64,000 bases of DNA, taken from Heptranchias perlo. Its lineage: Eukaryota. The notes beneath the pieces were generated by a model. That model was given only the letters and a program-made list of their open reading frames with translations, ran no database searches and was not told where the DNA came from. Both the position numbers and the translations under genes were made by a program. Positions 38,740-50,569 of the stretch are shown here, piece after piece (position 1 is the stretch's first letter; each line of letters opens with the position of its first letter). Where the stretch lies: assembly GCF_035084215.1 (NCBI RefSeq), contig NC_090367.1:186001-250000 (forward strand), written 5' to 3'.

Positions 38740-39230
38740 CTGTGTGATTGAGGTTCTTGGGACATTTTATTATAAACAGAAACAGGATGTGTGGCTGTAT
38801 AAATATCACTATCATAAACCTGTTTAACTCACATTCAGCAATCTCGCATTGAAAATTGATGGAATGTTTCTCTTCGACACTGTGTAAGCTATTTATAACT
38901 ATATTATATATTACCATTTAATATTTGTAAAACAATGGGGCTTGGGGAGGGGATTAATTTACATCTGAAATCTCATTGGATTAATGTTATCAAAGGGCAT
39001 GAATTTATAAAATGTGCAATGATTTAATTTAAAGCAAACTTTTTTTTTTAAACTTGAAAGCTGCCTGATGGCAACAGGCAAAGGGGACCTGGGTTAGAGT
39101 TGATATTGTGAGGATTAATTTTATTAAAACACAGAAAAACAAACTCCCTTTCATTAGTATGGAAGGAACCATTCCCATTCCAAATGGGAACAATGATAAT
39201 TGGGATGTTACTGGAGAGAATGGGAGAATC
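38740..39230 (+). pseudogene. Kazal locus C, inverted promoter + dead exon 1 + part of intron 1
   Basis: TATAAATA 38798-38805; TTG AAA ATT GAT GGA ATG TTT CTC at 38849 versus ATG AAG ATG GAT GGA GTG TTT CTC in gene D; downstream sequence resembles paralogous intron 1. Confidence 0.72.
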
Positions 39231-39310
39231 TCAATCACCTGCAACATTAGTTTTCCAATTTTCTGCACGTAGGACTCTCTGGAAGTACTGACCTCTTCCA
39301 AAAGGCAATA

Positions 39311-42300
39311 GGGCTGATTTTCAGGGGCGTGCACCAGTCGGGCTCAATTCAGTGTGTGCCTTGTGCACCAGAAGTGAGCAGCGCTGTGACAGATTGCTAG
39401 CAACCTGGATTTCCTGATGGCCCTCATTCGAATAGAGCAGGTAGACGTTGAGCACACGTGGAGACGCATAAATGGTGAGAGTGCCCAGGTGACGGGAAGC
39501 TCAGGTGCATCTCAGGCTTTAAAGGCCTGAAACTTCTTAATGGTGCACAGCCCGCTGCAGATTAATTCACTGGCCCAGAGCAAGGCATGTGAGTGTTTTG
39601 GCTGTTCCTGATAGTTTTAAAGTATTTAAAATTAAAGTGCCTGAAGGTTTTGTTAAAAATGATTTAAATATGTCCTTGACTGACATTTGCCTTGTAAATG
39701 CTCTTTGTTGGTTATAAAGTTCCATCCCTTGATAATGTTTTTTTGTTCCCCTGACACGAGAGAAGGGGGGCACAGGACTCTGCAGTTTGAGGAGGAAAGA
39801 GCAGAAGTTCTGCTGCAGGCTGTGGGACAGGTGGAGGGCGACACTGTACGCTGCATTTGGCAAAAAGGGTCCCAAAAACAGCTGGACATAAAGCATGGCA
39901 GCCGATAGCACTGGCTGCATTGTGCCTCACGCACACGTGCAGTGCTGGAAGAACTTCGCCCACCCTTATCAGAAGGGGCTAGTTAGGGCACTGAATGGTG
40001 ATGCTTCTCGTTAAAGGGAAGGTGATTTTTGTTTGCACCTCAGTACATTCTGCCCATCGCAATCTTTATTTTGCACGTGTCCTGAAAGTTTCTTGTCTTC
40101 ACTCCTCTAAATCTTCTTTCAACACCATTCATTCTCACAGCACAAGCATATCTACTGCCAGAAGCTCCCAAGTTTCAATGACTCTTCATCTACGTAAAAC
40201 ACGTTTTCATTTTACCCCCAGTCACCCCTCATATGGGCTTCTTCAGTATCTCTTCTCGCTATGTTAACCCTCATCCGTATTTAATTTCTCACTGTAGAAA
40301 GCAGGCCGTAACAGAGGGCAGCACCTGGCAATGGGAGGAGGAGAACCTGCCATGAGGCACCTTGCCCTTTCAAGGATGGGCCATCTCCACCCAAGGATAT
40401 GGAATCTTGGAGATTGTGGGAGTCCGAAAAACAGGAGGGTTAGTCCCAGCAAGGGCTCCTTCCAGAATACTGCAGTATAACATTCTATCTGAAGGACTGA
40501 CACTTAATCTTTACAGGAGCGTTGGACATTGGAAACATATGAAATGCTTGCCTATGCCATATTAGCACAGGTGGATAAGAGAAGGAGCTCCTCGGCACAG
40601 GGTGAGGTCACCTCCCTTCCCAATTGTTAAGGCCAGGGAACCAGTTCTCCATGGCCCAACTTTTAAGAGGATGATTTCTGAGGACGATAGGTTGTTGGGG
40701 CCGTTAATGGAGCTGCCCAGAAGTTTCCAACAAATGGTGGCTGGTATGGAGGAGTGCAGCAGTTATCTGAGTGGGTTGCTAAAGGTTAGCTTGCAGCACT
40801 TGGATAGAGTGGCAATTCCAGGGCCATCAGCAACGCAGCCCCCGCCAGAATGACCATGAGAACAGTTCAAACTATGGTAGCCTCGGACCTCATTATCGCC
40901 ACATCACTGGGCATGGTTACAGATGAGGCGTAAATTGAAACAGGCTTCCACGGTGTAATTCAGGCCATCGTTTCTGGGCACCCGCAATCAACGGGCAAGA
41001 TGGCATGGAGGCTCCAAGTGGGATCGGGCCATGGAAGGTAATGCTGTCCCTCAGCACAGCAGCATTTCTACACTATCCCCCTGTCCAGCACTATCCCCAT
41101 GTCTGTGAAGAGTTCACTAACTGCAGCGGAACCATCTGATTGGGGGCCACCTCGTTCTCCGCACCATGTTCCAGAGACACAGCTTGGCCCCCTTTCCCAG
41201 TCTGTCAGTGGCTGTTCATTTAGAGGGATCACAAGGATAAGTGGTATGGAAAGCATGGGTAAAATGGAAGCACTGTGATGATAGAGTAGACCCTATTTAT
41301 TAATAAGTCCCTGTTGGAACTCTGTCACTGTGCCTTTTAACTAAATGAACAGGGAAAACGAGGATGGATGAGTACACTGAAGATCTGGGAATCGGAGGAG
41401 AGAGAAGGTCAGAGTGAGAGGATTGTGGGATGGAGCCATTATATGGAACAGCAGAAGGAGGATTCTAACCCTTTGCTAGTGACGCAGTTGAGAGGGCCAG
41501 ATTACTTTTTTCATCAGCTGTCAAGGTGGCTGGTGGTGGTTGTTCTTTGTTTGGCTCCATATAAGCCATCTTGCGAAAGGTGTGTGTGGGAGGCGGGGGT
41601 AAGAGAAGAGCTGAACTAAACACAGCATCTATCAGTGAGTGAAAAACAGTCAAAGTTCTGCAACAACTTCTCAGGCTGAAAACCCATTGTTAATTCAAAA
41701 AGCCAGAAGTGCCCTGGTAATATCAGCCTGTCCCTTAAGACAAATGCCAGCTCTGGAAGCTGCAGCGTAAGGTTTTTCTGGAAGCAGTTTGCCCTTGAGT
41801 TGCACCCGGTGCTAGAACAGGAGATCTGAGTGCACAGCTCTCGTACTCATTTGCATGCAGTTGGCATTGGTTACAACCTCTCACGGCACAGACAGGTGCA
41901 AACACCTGAAAAAACCAAATAAGAAATGCAGAGGCAGAGCTATTCAGGCACAAAACAGGGCTAAAGGATTAGCGTTTATTTTTCAGGTGCTAAACCCAGG
42001 AATATCACCCCTGATATTAGTTGCCCTCGGGAAAGCCATGCTAATATCACAAGAAATATTTTTATTAGTATACAGCAACAGAAACAATGTGATAATAAGT
42101 CAACAAATGCATAAAGGAGAATTTACAAGACACCAGACTTACAGAAATCTTACGGCCTTGTAGATCTGCTTTGATCCCGAGGCCCACCCCATTGGACCTG
42201 GAGGCTCCCATTCGCAAAGTTGTGGCCTGAGCGATTGGCAGCCAGAACGGCTCGAGGCCAGTAGCCACGACTACCTCTACCAGCTTCTCAGAGCAGCCGC

Positions 42301-42435
42301 TGCGCTCCTCCTTCCTCCCTGGCTTCCAAGCACGAGGCCCTGCCGGGGAACGACCCTGCACTATGTTAATGGCCCAGCATTTCAGCACAGCTCAGCCTGG
42401 ACAGGCACAGCACACTTTGTGTAGAAAATCAGCCC
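39311..42435 (+). mobile_element. Decayed TIR DNA transposon, probably PIF/Harbinger
   Basis: 12-bp inverted termini GGGCTGATTTTC / GAAAATCAGCCC; Myb/SANT-like remnant RTLQFEEERAEVLLQAV near 39775; no clean TSD. Confidence 0.55.
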
Positions 42436-42764
42436 AGGTATCTGTTCACTTATTAGTGTCACCTCTTGTTAAAGTGTTTTATGTCTCAACCGTATTGGTT
42501 AGAGATAGACCTGGACAGACATTTTAACTCCCGGGTGGGAGAGTGGCCTAGCGAGCGGCCGTACTGATTTTAACAACTAGGCTTCATTAACTTGTCACTG
42601 GCTGACTTCCCGACCAAAACAAGAACAATGATGCCCGTTAGTCTGTCTGGTGTGCCTTGCACCGTACTAGCAAGTTTACAAAGAAAATATCAACACATGA
42701 TTGGGGTGAAATTTAATTTTATTTAGCATTCAGCAGACGACATGAAGGTTTTTAAAAAAATACT

Positions 42765-42864
42765 TCAGTTCATTTTTATAATTCTCTTTCTTTTTAATTC
42801 GTTTGAGTCTGTTTCAGCATCACATACTCCTTCATGCAAGATTTTAACCTTAAAACCAGTTCCC
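42765..42864 (-). CDS. Kazal inhibitor gene D, exon 4: GTGFKVKILHEGVCDAETDSNELKRKRIIKMN*
   Basis: TTTCAG acceptor homologous to gene B, in phase, HEGVC sixth Cys. Confidence 0.87.
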
Positions 42865-43439
42865 CTGAAATAGAATGAAAAATGTTAATCAGTTGATGGT
42901 CCATCTGCAGCTCCATTTAGACCCAGTTAGTCCCCTCCTACCCTGCAACCTCGGAGGTAAGTACCATTCACATTCTGTACTCACTGTTAAACATACTTAA
43001 CACTGTGACACTGACACTGGCATTGTAGCCACGAGGTTAGATAAAAGTTAAATTAATAGATGGAGGCTCTTGCAGAGGTAACTTATTTATTCATTGACTC
43101 CTTCCCCCCCCACCTCAATTTTACAATTGCATTGCACACCAATAAAATCAACCCCAGTCCCACTCTGACCTTCCACAGTCAAACTTACATCAGAGTCTAG
43201 GTGAGTCACAGATATGATTAAACCTGCTTTTTCTGCTGGACCCTCCTATTACTCTCCTTAGCTTGCCTTGGCTTAGCCTGGCTTGCTCCACCTTGGCTCC
43301 ATGTGAGGAAGAGCTACATGTGTAGATTTTTATATCCCTCTGGTGCGCTAAGAGGTAGAATCCATTACTACGTGACCTCTGGAAGTCAATGGTCCCATCT
43401 TTCCTCACTTCAGAGGACCACTCTACTCAACTTCTTTGT

Positions 43440-43820
43440 TACAAAGAATGTAAAGCACAGACACAGGCCATTCGGCCCACCTGGTCCATGCCGGTGTTCA
43501 TGCTCCACCCGAGCCTCCTCCCACCCCTCTTCCTCTCACCCTATCAGCATATCCTTCTATTCCTTTCTCCCTCATGTGTTTATCCAGCTTCCCCTTAACT
43601 GCATCTGTGTTATTCGCCTCAACTACTCCTTGTGGGAGCGAGTTCCACATTCTCACCTTCTCTGGGTAAAGAAGTTTCTCCTGAATTCCCTATTGGATTT
43701 ATTAGTGACTATCTTATGTTTATGGTCCCGAGTTTTGGTCTCCCCCACAAGTGGAAACATCTGTTCTAAGTCTACCCTATCAAACCCTTCATAATCTTAA
43801 AGACCTCTATCAGGTCACCA
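43440..43820 (-). mobile_element. CR1 3' fragment
   Basis: Reverse of RGDLIEVFKI...RRNFFTQRVV and tail. Confidence 0.8.
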
Positions 43821-45128
43821 TATGTTGTATGTATTGTCCAATGAGTGTATGCTATACCTTCCAAACATCCTTCACTATCCCGGGTGCATAATTCTATCTT
43901 CCAACCATCAAAGCAGTTGAACGTTCTCCCATTGAACATATTTAAAAATCCAGCATAATATTTTGGTCCTGTGTTGGCATTAATTGCAGTGCTAGCTGAG
44001 ATGACAAAAATTACGATAATAACGGCCGATGAGATCTTGTTAGACGTTTTCTCTGTGTTTGAGTCCAGATTCTACCTTGTACCCTGCCACTGAAATTAAA
44101 CACTATTTCTCTCAACTTAATCATGTGGTCCCACTGGCCGAGAAAGCAAAGGAGGAAATGTGGGAGTTCCATTTGATATGGGGAAGGACTAAGGTTGGAA
44201 CCATCAAAAGGTAAGCGGTGTTGATTGGTTGGACTTGTAAGAGGCATAAAGAAGCTAAATCTTTGAAAAATTAAAAGAGATAAGATTTTCATCGCTCCAC
44301 CAAAAGGTCAGGGAGGAGATCAAGATGTAGTGATTTAGTCATTGTACTGCTGCTGCGCTCTGCTCATTGGTACTTGGCCTGGTATTTGTGCAGTTGTATC
44401 TTTCTTTACAGGTCATTTGTAGGAGAACACGAGAATACAGTATGTCTGTGAGCCTGGTTATAAATATTCGTGCTGTAATATTATGTACTCAGCATTCCTT
44501 GAAAAGGGAAAAATTTTCAGGGCTCTGGGGAAAGAACAGGGGGGACTGGGACTAAGTGGATAGCTCTTTCAAAGAGCCGGCACAGGTACAATGGGCCGAA
44601 TGGCCTCCTTCTGTGCTCTATAATTCTACATCAGATTTAATCATTAATTTCGATATTAAGCTTTCCCAAATTATCCTCCTAGCATTTTGAAGTACCTGCT
44701 CAAACCCATGCAATCTTCAGCTATTCATTTTTTTTTTCGAAAGTAAATTCTCTCTCTCTCTCTGCTGAAGGTGGGGATCTGTGCAATATGATTTCCTAGG
44801 CTATGGTGGCTCTACAGTACCTTGCTCAAGTAATCGTTCTTCATGTGTGAACTTTGAAAGTAATTGTCAACAGGCTACTTTACGTTAGGATAAACCTGAT
44901 CCATGCAAAGTCTGCCCTGGCTAAAATCAGCCTCCGAGACACAGGCCAGGGATCTTCCTCCTCTCTACACTAGTAGTACATTTTCCAACAGCTGTATATC
45001 GACATAAACTATGAACCCCCAGGGACCCTTTGTCTATCTCAGACATGGATTGTTACTTGATTTTCGTTTTTGTTCATAATATGGATCTTGACTAGAATGT
45101 TTCACTGTCTAATGATGAGGACACTTAC

Positions 45129-45241
45129 CAGTTATAAAGACACAGATGACAGAGGTTTGTGTAAGTCACACCGTTTGTGCCGCACAATGGCTGTAAGTAC
45201 AAGGAACAGGCTGGGTGGTATGGGAAATCTTGACATTTAGG
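45129..45241 (-). CDS. Kazal inhibitor gene D, exon 3: PKCQDFPYHPACSLYLQPLCGTNGVTYTNLCHLCLYNW (P1 = Leu)
   Basis: Five Kazal Cys, PLCGTNGVTYTN; CAG/GTAAGT; 113 nt as in gene B. Confidence 0.93.
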
Positions 45242-45391
45242 CTGTGAGAGATAAGATTATTAGATTAGAATTAATAATAGAACAGTCATCATTTACTTCA
45301 AAACGAGAAACAAGCTCACCAAAGTAATGGAATTTTAAACTTAAGTAGGTATGCGGTGGGGTGGGGGGTAATTTAATTTAAACAGAAGCAC

Positions 45392-45429
45392 CTCAATGCC
45401 AGCAGAGCCCCAAGCTGTGGTGGCCAAGT
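45392..45429 (-). CDS. Kazal inhibitor gene D, exon 2: DLATTAWGSAGIE
   Basis: Acceptor homologous to gene B; 38 nt; weaker donor GAG/GTGCTT. Confidence 0.78.
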
Positions 45430-45973
45430 CTGAAATAGAAAAGCATACAGATCATTAATTGAAATAATAGGTCACTTGTCGACACTACTCTTTTCAGCAT
45501 AAGGATCTCTGAAAGTAATGGATGTTCCCAGTGAAGCTCTATAACATGTTTCAGGGAATCACATCATCAAAAAGGCCCCGACTGTCGCGAATAATAACTG
45601 CGAATATCATCAGTTAGCCATGAGCTTCATTTAAAATTCCCCATCCTGTTCTCCAATAAAATTCTGAGTATCACTGTTTGCATTTGGAATGGGGTTGGTT
45701 CCTTCAGCACCAATGAAAGCAAAGATTTTACACTGGGTTTTAATAAAACTCTTCTTGCAATATCAGCATTTCCTCCTTCATCTGTTGCTATCAGCAACTT
45801 CAGATGGAAATAGTTTAAGTTAAATCATTGACATTTTGAAATGATATATGTAATCACAATCAACACAATGTTTTAATATCGGATATTTCAGATAAAGAAT
45901 TCCCTTCCCTGGGTTGCTTATTCTACAAATATTAAGTGATAATATATTATATAAAGGTATAAATGTCACTCAC

Positions 45974-46028
45974 CAGTGAAAACAAGAACCACAATAGCAG
46001 CGATGAGAAACACTCCATCCATCTTCAT
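45974..46028 (-). CDS. Kazal inhibitor gene D, exon 1 (signal peptide): MKMDGVFLIAAIVVLVFT
   Basis: Hydrophobic core, GTGAGT donor in phase 1; second ATG at 46022. Confidence 0.9.
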
Positions 46029-46071
46029 TGTGAAGTTCCTGGGAGTGAGTTAAACAGCTCCATGCAGATGG

Positions 46072-46079
46072 TATTTATA
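46072..46079 (-). promoter_or_regulatory. TATA box of Kazal gene D
   Basis: TATAAATA ~45 nt upstream of the ATG; position conserved in B, C and E. Confidence 0.75.
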
Positions 46080-46994
46080 CACTCACATATCTTGCTCCTG
46101 CTCATGACATCACTTGTTCTATCCCGAGAGTCACCTGTATCATGGTGAATGAATGACTAAATGTTGCTTTTCAAAACCTTCTAAAGAATGGTTTGCAGTA
46201 CATTAACAAATCAAACAGGTAACAGGATGAAATTCCAGTCACTGCCGTGTAAAAAAAAACATTGCCTTTCACCTCTGAGCGCTGGGTTTGAATTTAGGCC
46301 GAACTAACCCAGTGGAAGGTACCTATCTACACTGGCTGTTAAGGGTCTTGCATTAAATGAGCTCAATCTAGTTGCAAGTTAAAAGTCCACAAATCAATTG
46401 GGATCTTATTGTGAATGTTAATCATAGTGACCACAAGGAAGGCTGAAAGCAAGTGTTCCACTGCTGCAGTCGGGGCCTTAGTCTTAGGTTGGGGATAAAG
46501 GCTGTGCATTATCCGAACTGGGAGTACTTGGTAAGGGCAATGTGAATGGGGCTTCACTCTGGATCTGTCCTACACTGTGCACATTCATACCAACCTCAGA
46601 AATGAGCAGAAGCTTCAGGCAAGCTTACACCCCCCCAAAATCTGGCACTCCATTAAAACAAAAACTGAGAGCTTTAAAAACAGCCCAGAATATGGGCTTG
46701 TGACTAGAGCCACTGCTTTACAGTGATTGAACTGCATTTTTGTTACATGAGGTTCCTAGATTTTTATCAGCATTTTAGGGATCACATTCTGCCGTTCAAT
46801 TTGTGAAAATTAAAACTTGATGCCCTTGTCTCCGATGTGAAAACAAGTTTAACTGAAAGTGCAGTGGAGCATAAGCTTTTGATAACAATCTGATGATATA
46901 CCAATGTTCCATCATTTATATTACAAGGAAAAATTACATAAAATTGTATTTTTGTTTACAATAAGTGATTTATAAATTTCTGAAGGGGGTTTGA

Positions 46995-47350
46995 AAGAAC
47001 GAACTTGCATTTATATAGTGCCTTTCACATTCTTAGGACACAGCCCATAAATTATATTTCAAGTGTAGTCACTGTTATGTATGTAAATGTGGCAACCACT
47101 TACAGCAGTGAGATAAATGACCAGTTAATCTGTTTTGGTGGTGTTGGTCAAGGTATAAATTATGGCCAGGATACCAGGGGAGCTACCCTGCTCTTTAAAT
47201 AGTGCCGTTGGACCTTTTACAGCAAGTAAGCAGGGCCTCGGTTTAATGTATCATCCGAAAGATGGTACCTCTGACAGTGCAGTACTGCCGAAGTCCTGGA
47301 TTGGGGCATGAACCCACAAAAAGCTGACTCGGAGGTGACAGTGCTACCAA
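46995..47350 (-). mobile_element. Old Deu-domain SINE
   Basis: Degenerate tail, body and head. Confidence 0.7.
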
Positions 47351-47713
47351 ACAGATGCTTAATTCACAAGATGTGTTTCCCAAGGTACCCGAAGCCTCCT
47401 ACAAAATGTTGATTTTTGACACTTTTTTGATGCATTTTCCAACATGTTAGAGTCTTGTGGATAGAAACCGTGGAACACTGAGGATGTGGACCTCATAGGT
47501 TTCCCTTCACCAGCCTTGGAAGAGCCATCTCCAAGGCGAGGAGGTAATTCCTTGCACTGTTTTCTAAGACAATTGGCATTGCCTTTCACCGAGAGCAGCG
47601 GGGATATGCATCACCTCCTTGATTGTAAATTTTACATCACTGGTATATTTCACATAAGTCTCGGTTGTGTTTCACCTGCTGGAGTAATTGACATGATCAG
47701 TCTGTCATGTCAC

Positions 47714-50130
47714 TGGTGGGGGGAGTCCAGGACAAGGGGGCAGAACCTTAAAATTAGAGCCAGGCCGTTCAGGGGTGATGTCAGGAAGCACTTCTTCACA
47801 CAAAGGGGAGTGGGAATCTGGAACTCTCTTCCCCCAAAAAGCTGTTGAGGCTGGGGGTCAATTGGAAATTTCAAAATTGTGAGATTTTTGTTAGATAAGG
47901 GGTATTAAGGGACATGGAACCAAGGCAGTTAAATCCTCCTTGGATATGGGAGTGGTGCCAGAGGATTGCAAATGTCACACTCCTGTTCAAAAACAGGAGA
48001 GGGATGTACCTGGCCACCACAGGCCAGTCAGCCTAACGTCAGAGACAATAATCCGGGACAAAGTTAATTGGCACTTAGAAAAATATGGGTTAATAAATGA
48101 AAGCCAGCCCAGATTTGTTAAAGGCAAATTGTGTTTGACTAATTTGATTGAGTTCTTTGATGAAGTAACGGAGAGGGTTGATGTTGTGTACATGGACTAT
48201 CAGAAGGCATTTGATAAAGTACGCCATAATAAACTTATTAGCAGAATTAAAGCCCATGGGATTTAAAGGGGCAGCGACTGCGTGGATACGGAATTGGTTA
48301 AGGGACAGAAAGCAGAGAGTAGTGGTGAACGGTTGTTTTTCAGACTGGAGGGAAGTTTACAGTGGTGTCCTCCAGGAGTCAGTATTGGGACCACTGCTCA
48401 TTTTGATATATTAATGACCTGGACTTGGGTATAGAGGGTATAATTTCAAAGTTTGCAGATGACATGAAACTCAGAAATGTAGTAAACAATGTGGAAGATA
48501 GTAACAGACTTCAGGAGGACAGAGACAGACTGGTGAAACGGGCAGACACATGGGGCATGATTTTAAATGGGAAAAACGGGGGAGGAAGGCAGTAAAAATT
48601 TTTAACATCTAAAACCCGCCTCCAACCCGCCCACTTCCGGTATCAATGGAGGCAGGACGAGAGGCGGCTGACCAACCTGCTCTCAGGAGGCGGGTTGGTC
48701 ATTAAAAGCTTTCAAGGAGGCTGGGGGCCTCCATTTTGACAGGTTTTTTTTTTGCTTTTAACCCCTGGGGGCTGGGATTCCCAGGCCTTCTCCTTCACAC
48801 CACGTGAGAGGAGGCGAGAAGGCCCGAGACTACAGGTAAGTGCCTTTATAACACAGCTATAGAGAGAACCTTCACCACACGGACTGCAGCGGTTCAAGGA
48901 GGCGGCTCACCACCACCTTCTCAAGGGCAATTAGGGATGGGCAATAAATGCCGGCCTCGCCAGCGACGCCCACATCCCATGAACGAATAAAAAAAAAGCT
49001 GTGGGCCCGGAGGAGCAGGAATGCTTTCCCCACGTCCAACAAGCCTACCTGCAGCAACCACCCCCACGATCCCCTCCCACCCCCCCCGGGTGACTGAGCC
49101 CCCTCAACGATCCCCCAATCTAACACTTACCCCTTCCTTCCACTTCTCCCATCCGACCGAGGCAAGCCTGTCAATCAGGCAGCCCTGTCGGGTGGGACTC
49201 CATCTAAAAATCAAAAGACGTCCTTACGTCAAAGTCATAAGGACGTCCAGGAATCCCGTACTTCCGGGTTTCCCATCCAGGGCGGGTGCGAGTCGCACAC
49301 TCCCCGAGTCGCACCCGCCCTGATAAATTTCTTTGCCATGGGCATGATTTTAACGCAGAGAAGTGTGAAATGATTCATTTTGGAAGGAAGAATGAGGAGA
49401 GGCAATATAAACTAAATGGTACAATTTTAAAGGGGGTGCTGGAATAGAGAGACCAGGGGGTTTACATACACACATCTTTGAAGGTGACAGGACAAGTTGA
49501 GAAGGCTGTTAAAAGCATACGGGATCCTGGGCTTTATAAATGGAGGCATAGAGTACAAAAGCAAGGAAGTTATGCTCAACCTTTATAAACACTGGTCAGG
49601 CCTCAGCTGGAGTATTGTGTCCAATTCTGGGCACCGCACTTTCGGAAGGATGTCAAGGCCTTGGGGAGGGTGCAGAGGAGATTTACTAGAATGGTGCCAG
49701 GGATGAGGGACTTCAGTTACACGGAGAGACTGGAGAAGCTGGGATTGTTCTCCTTAGAGCAGAGAAGATTAAGGGGAGATTTAATCGAGGTGTTCAAAAT
49801 CATGAAGGATTTTGATAGAGTAAATAAGGAGAAACTGTTTCCAGTGGCAGGAGGGTTGGTAACCAGAGGACACAGATTTAAGATAATTGGCAAAAGAACC
49901 AGAGGCGACACAAGGACTTTTAAAAAAAAAACTCAGCGAGTTGTTCAGATCTGGAATGCTCTGCCTGAACGGGCGGTGGAAGCAGATTCAATAATAACTT
50001 TCAAATGCTTGAAGGGGAAAATTTGCAGGGCTACGTGGAAAGAGCAAGGAGCAGGACTAATTGGATAGCTCCTACAAAAGAGCCAGCATAGGCACGATGG
50101 GCTGAATGGCCTCCTGTGCTGTATGATTCT
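47714..50130 (+). mobile_element. CR1 fragments; the RT region is interrupted (~48552-49338) by a GC-rich TIR-like insert, which itself holds a poly(A)-tailed LINE 3' end (~48871-48997)
   Basis: CLTNLIEFFDEVT, KFADD before the insert; NAEKCE...QRRFTRMVPG and tail after it. Confidence 0.85.
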
Positions 50131-50419
50131 GTGATATCTCCCCCCTGAAGGTTTGAAGTACTTACCTGCTACACCAGTTCCATTTCATCAAAAGCCAGGG
50201 AGGAGCCACCTGATCATGCGATTGTGCACGACCACAACTTCTGCACATGCAGAGAAAAGATTTTTTTACGGCATTCTTGAGGCAGCGGCAAAGCAGCACA
50301 GGAAGCTCAAATCCCGCACAAATTTTTGTTAGCGAGCACTTACTCCTTCCTGTCTCATGCCTCCCTCCCACTGCTGACCTCCTGGACTCCTCCAGTGAAT
50401 CATCAATCACCACCTCTTT

Positions 50420-50565
50420 CTGCATTGCCCTCCAAAATACCTGTTCACATGCGAACGAAGCCTTTGCTGTGTATAATTTTATTCTGGATGATTGCATCGA
50501 CAATACGGCCTTGACAGAAACTTGGCTCACTGACGATGACACCTTCCCCCTTACTGAAGACCTGA
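50420..50565 (+). mobile_element. L2-type LINE endonuclease N-terminal remnant
   Basis: AFAVYNFILDDCIDNTALTETWL (APE-type LTETWL motif). Confidence 0.65.
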
Positions 50566-50569
50566 CTGA

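Noticed and set aside
45313-45320. Alternative donor for gene D exon 2 (GTGAGCT)
   Set aside because: Using it would include an in-frame TAA
50166-50217. Possible extra Kazal exon 1 on the minus strand (ATG...GCAG/GTAAGT)
   Set aside because: Two in-frame stops and no homology to the paralogous promoters or exon 1
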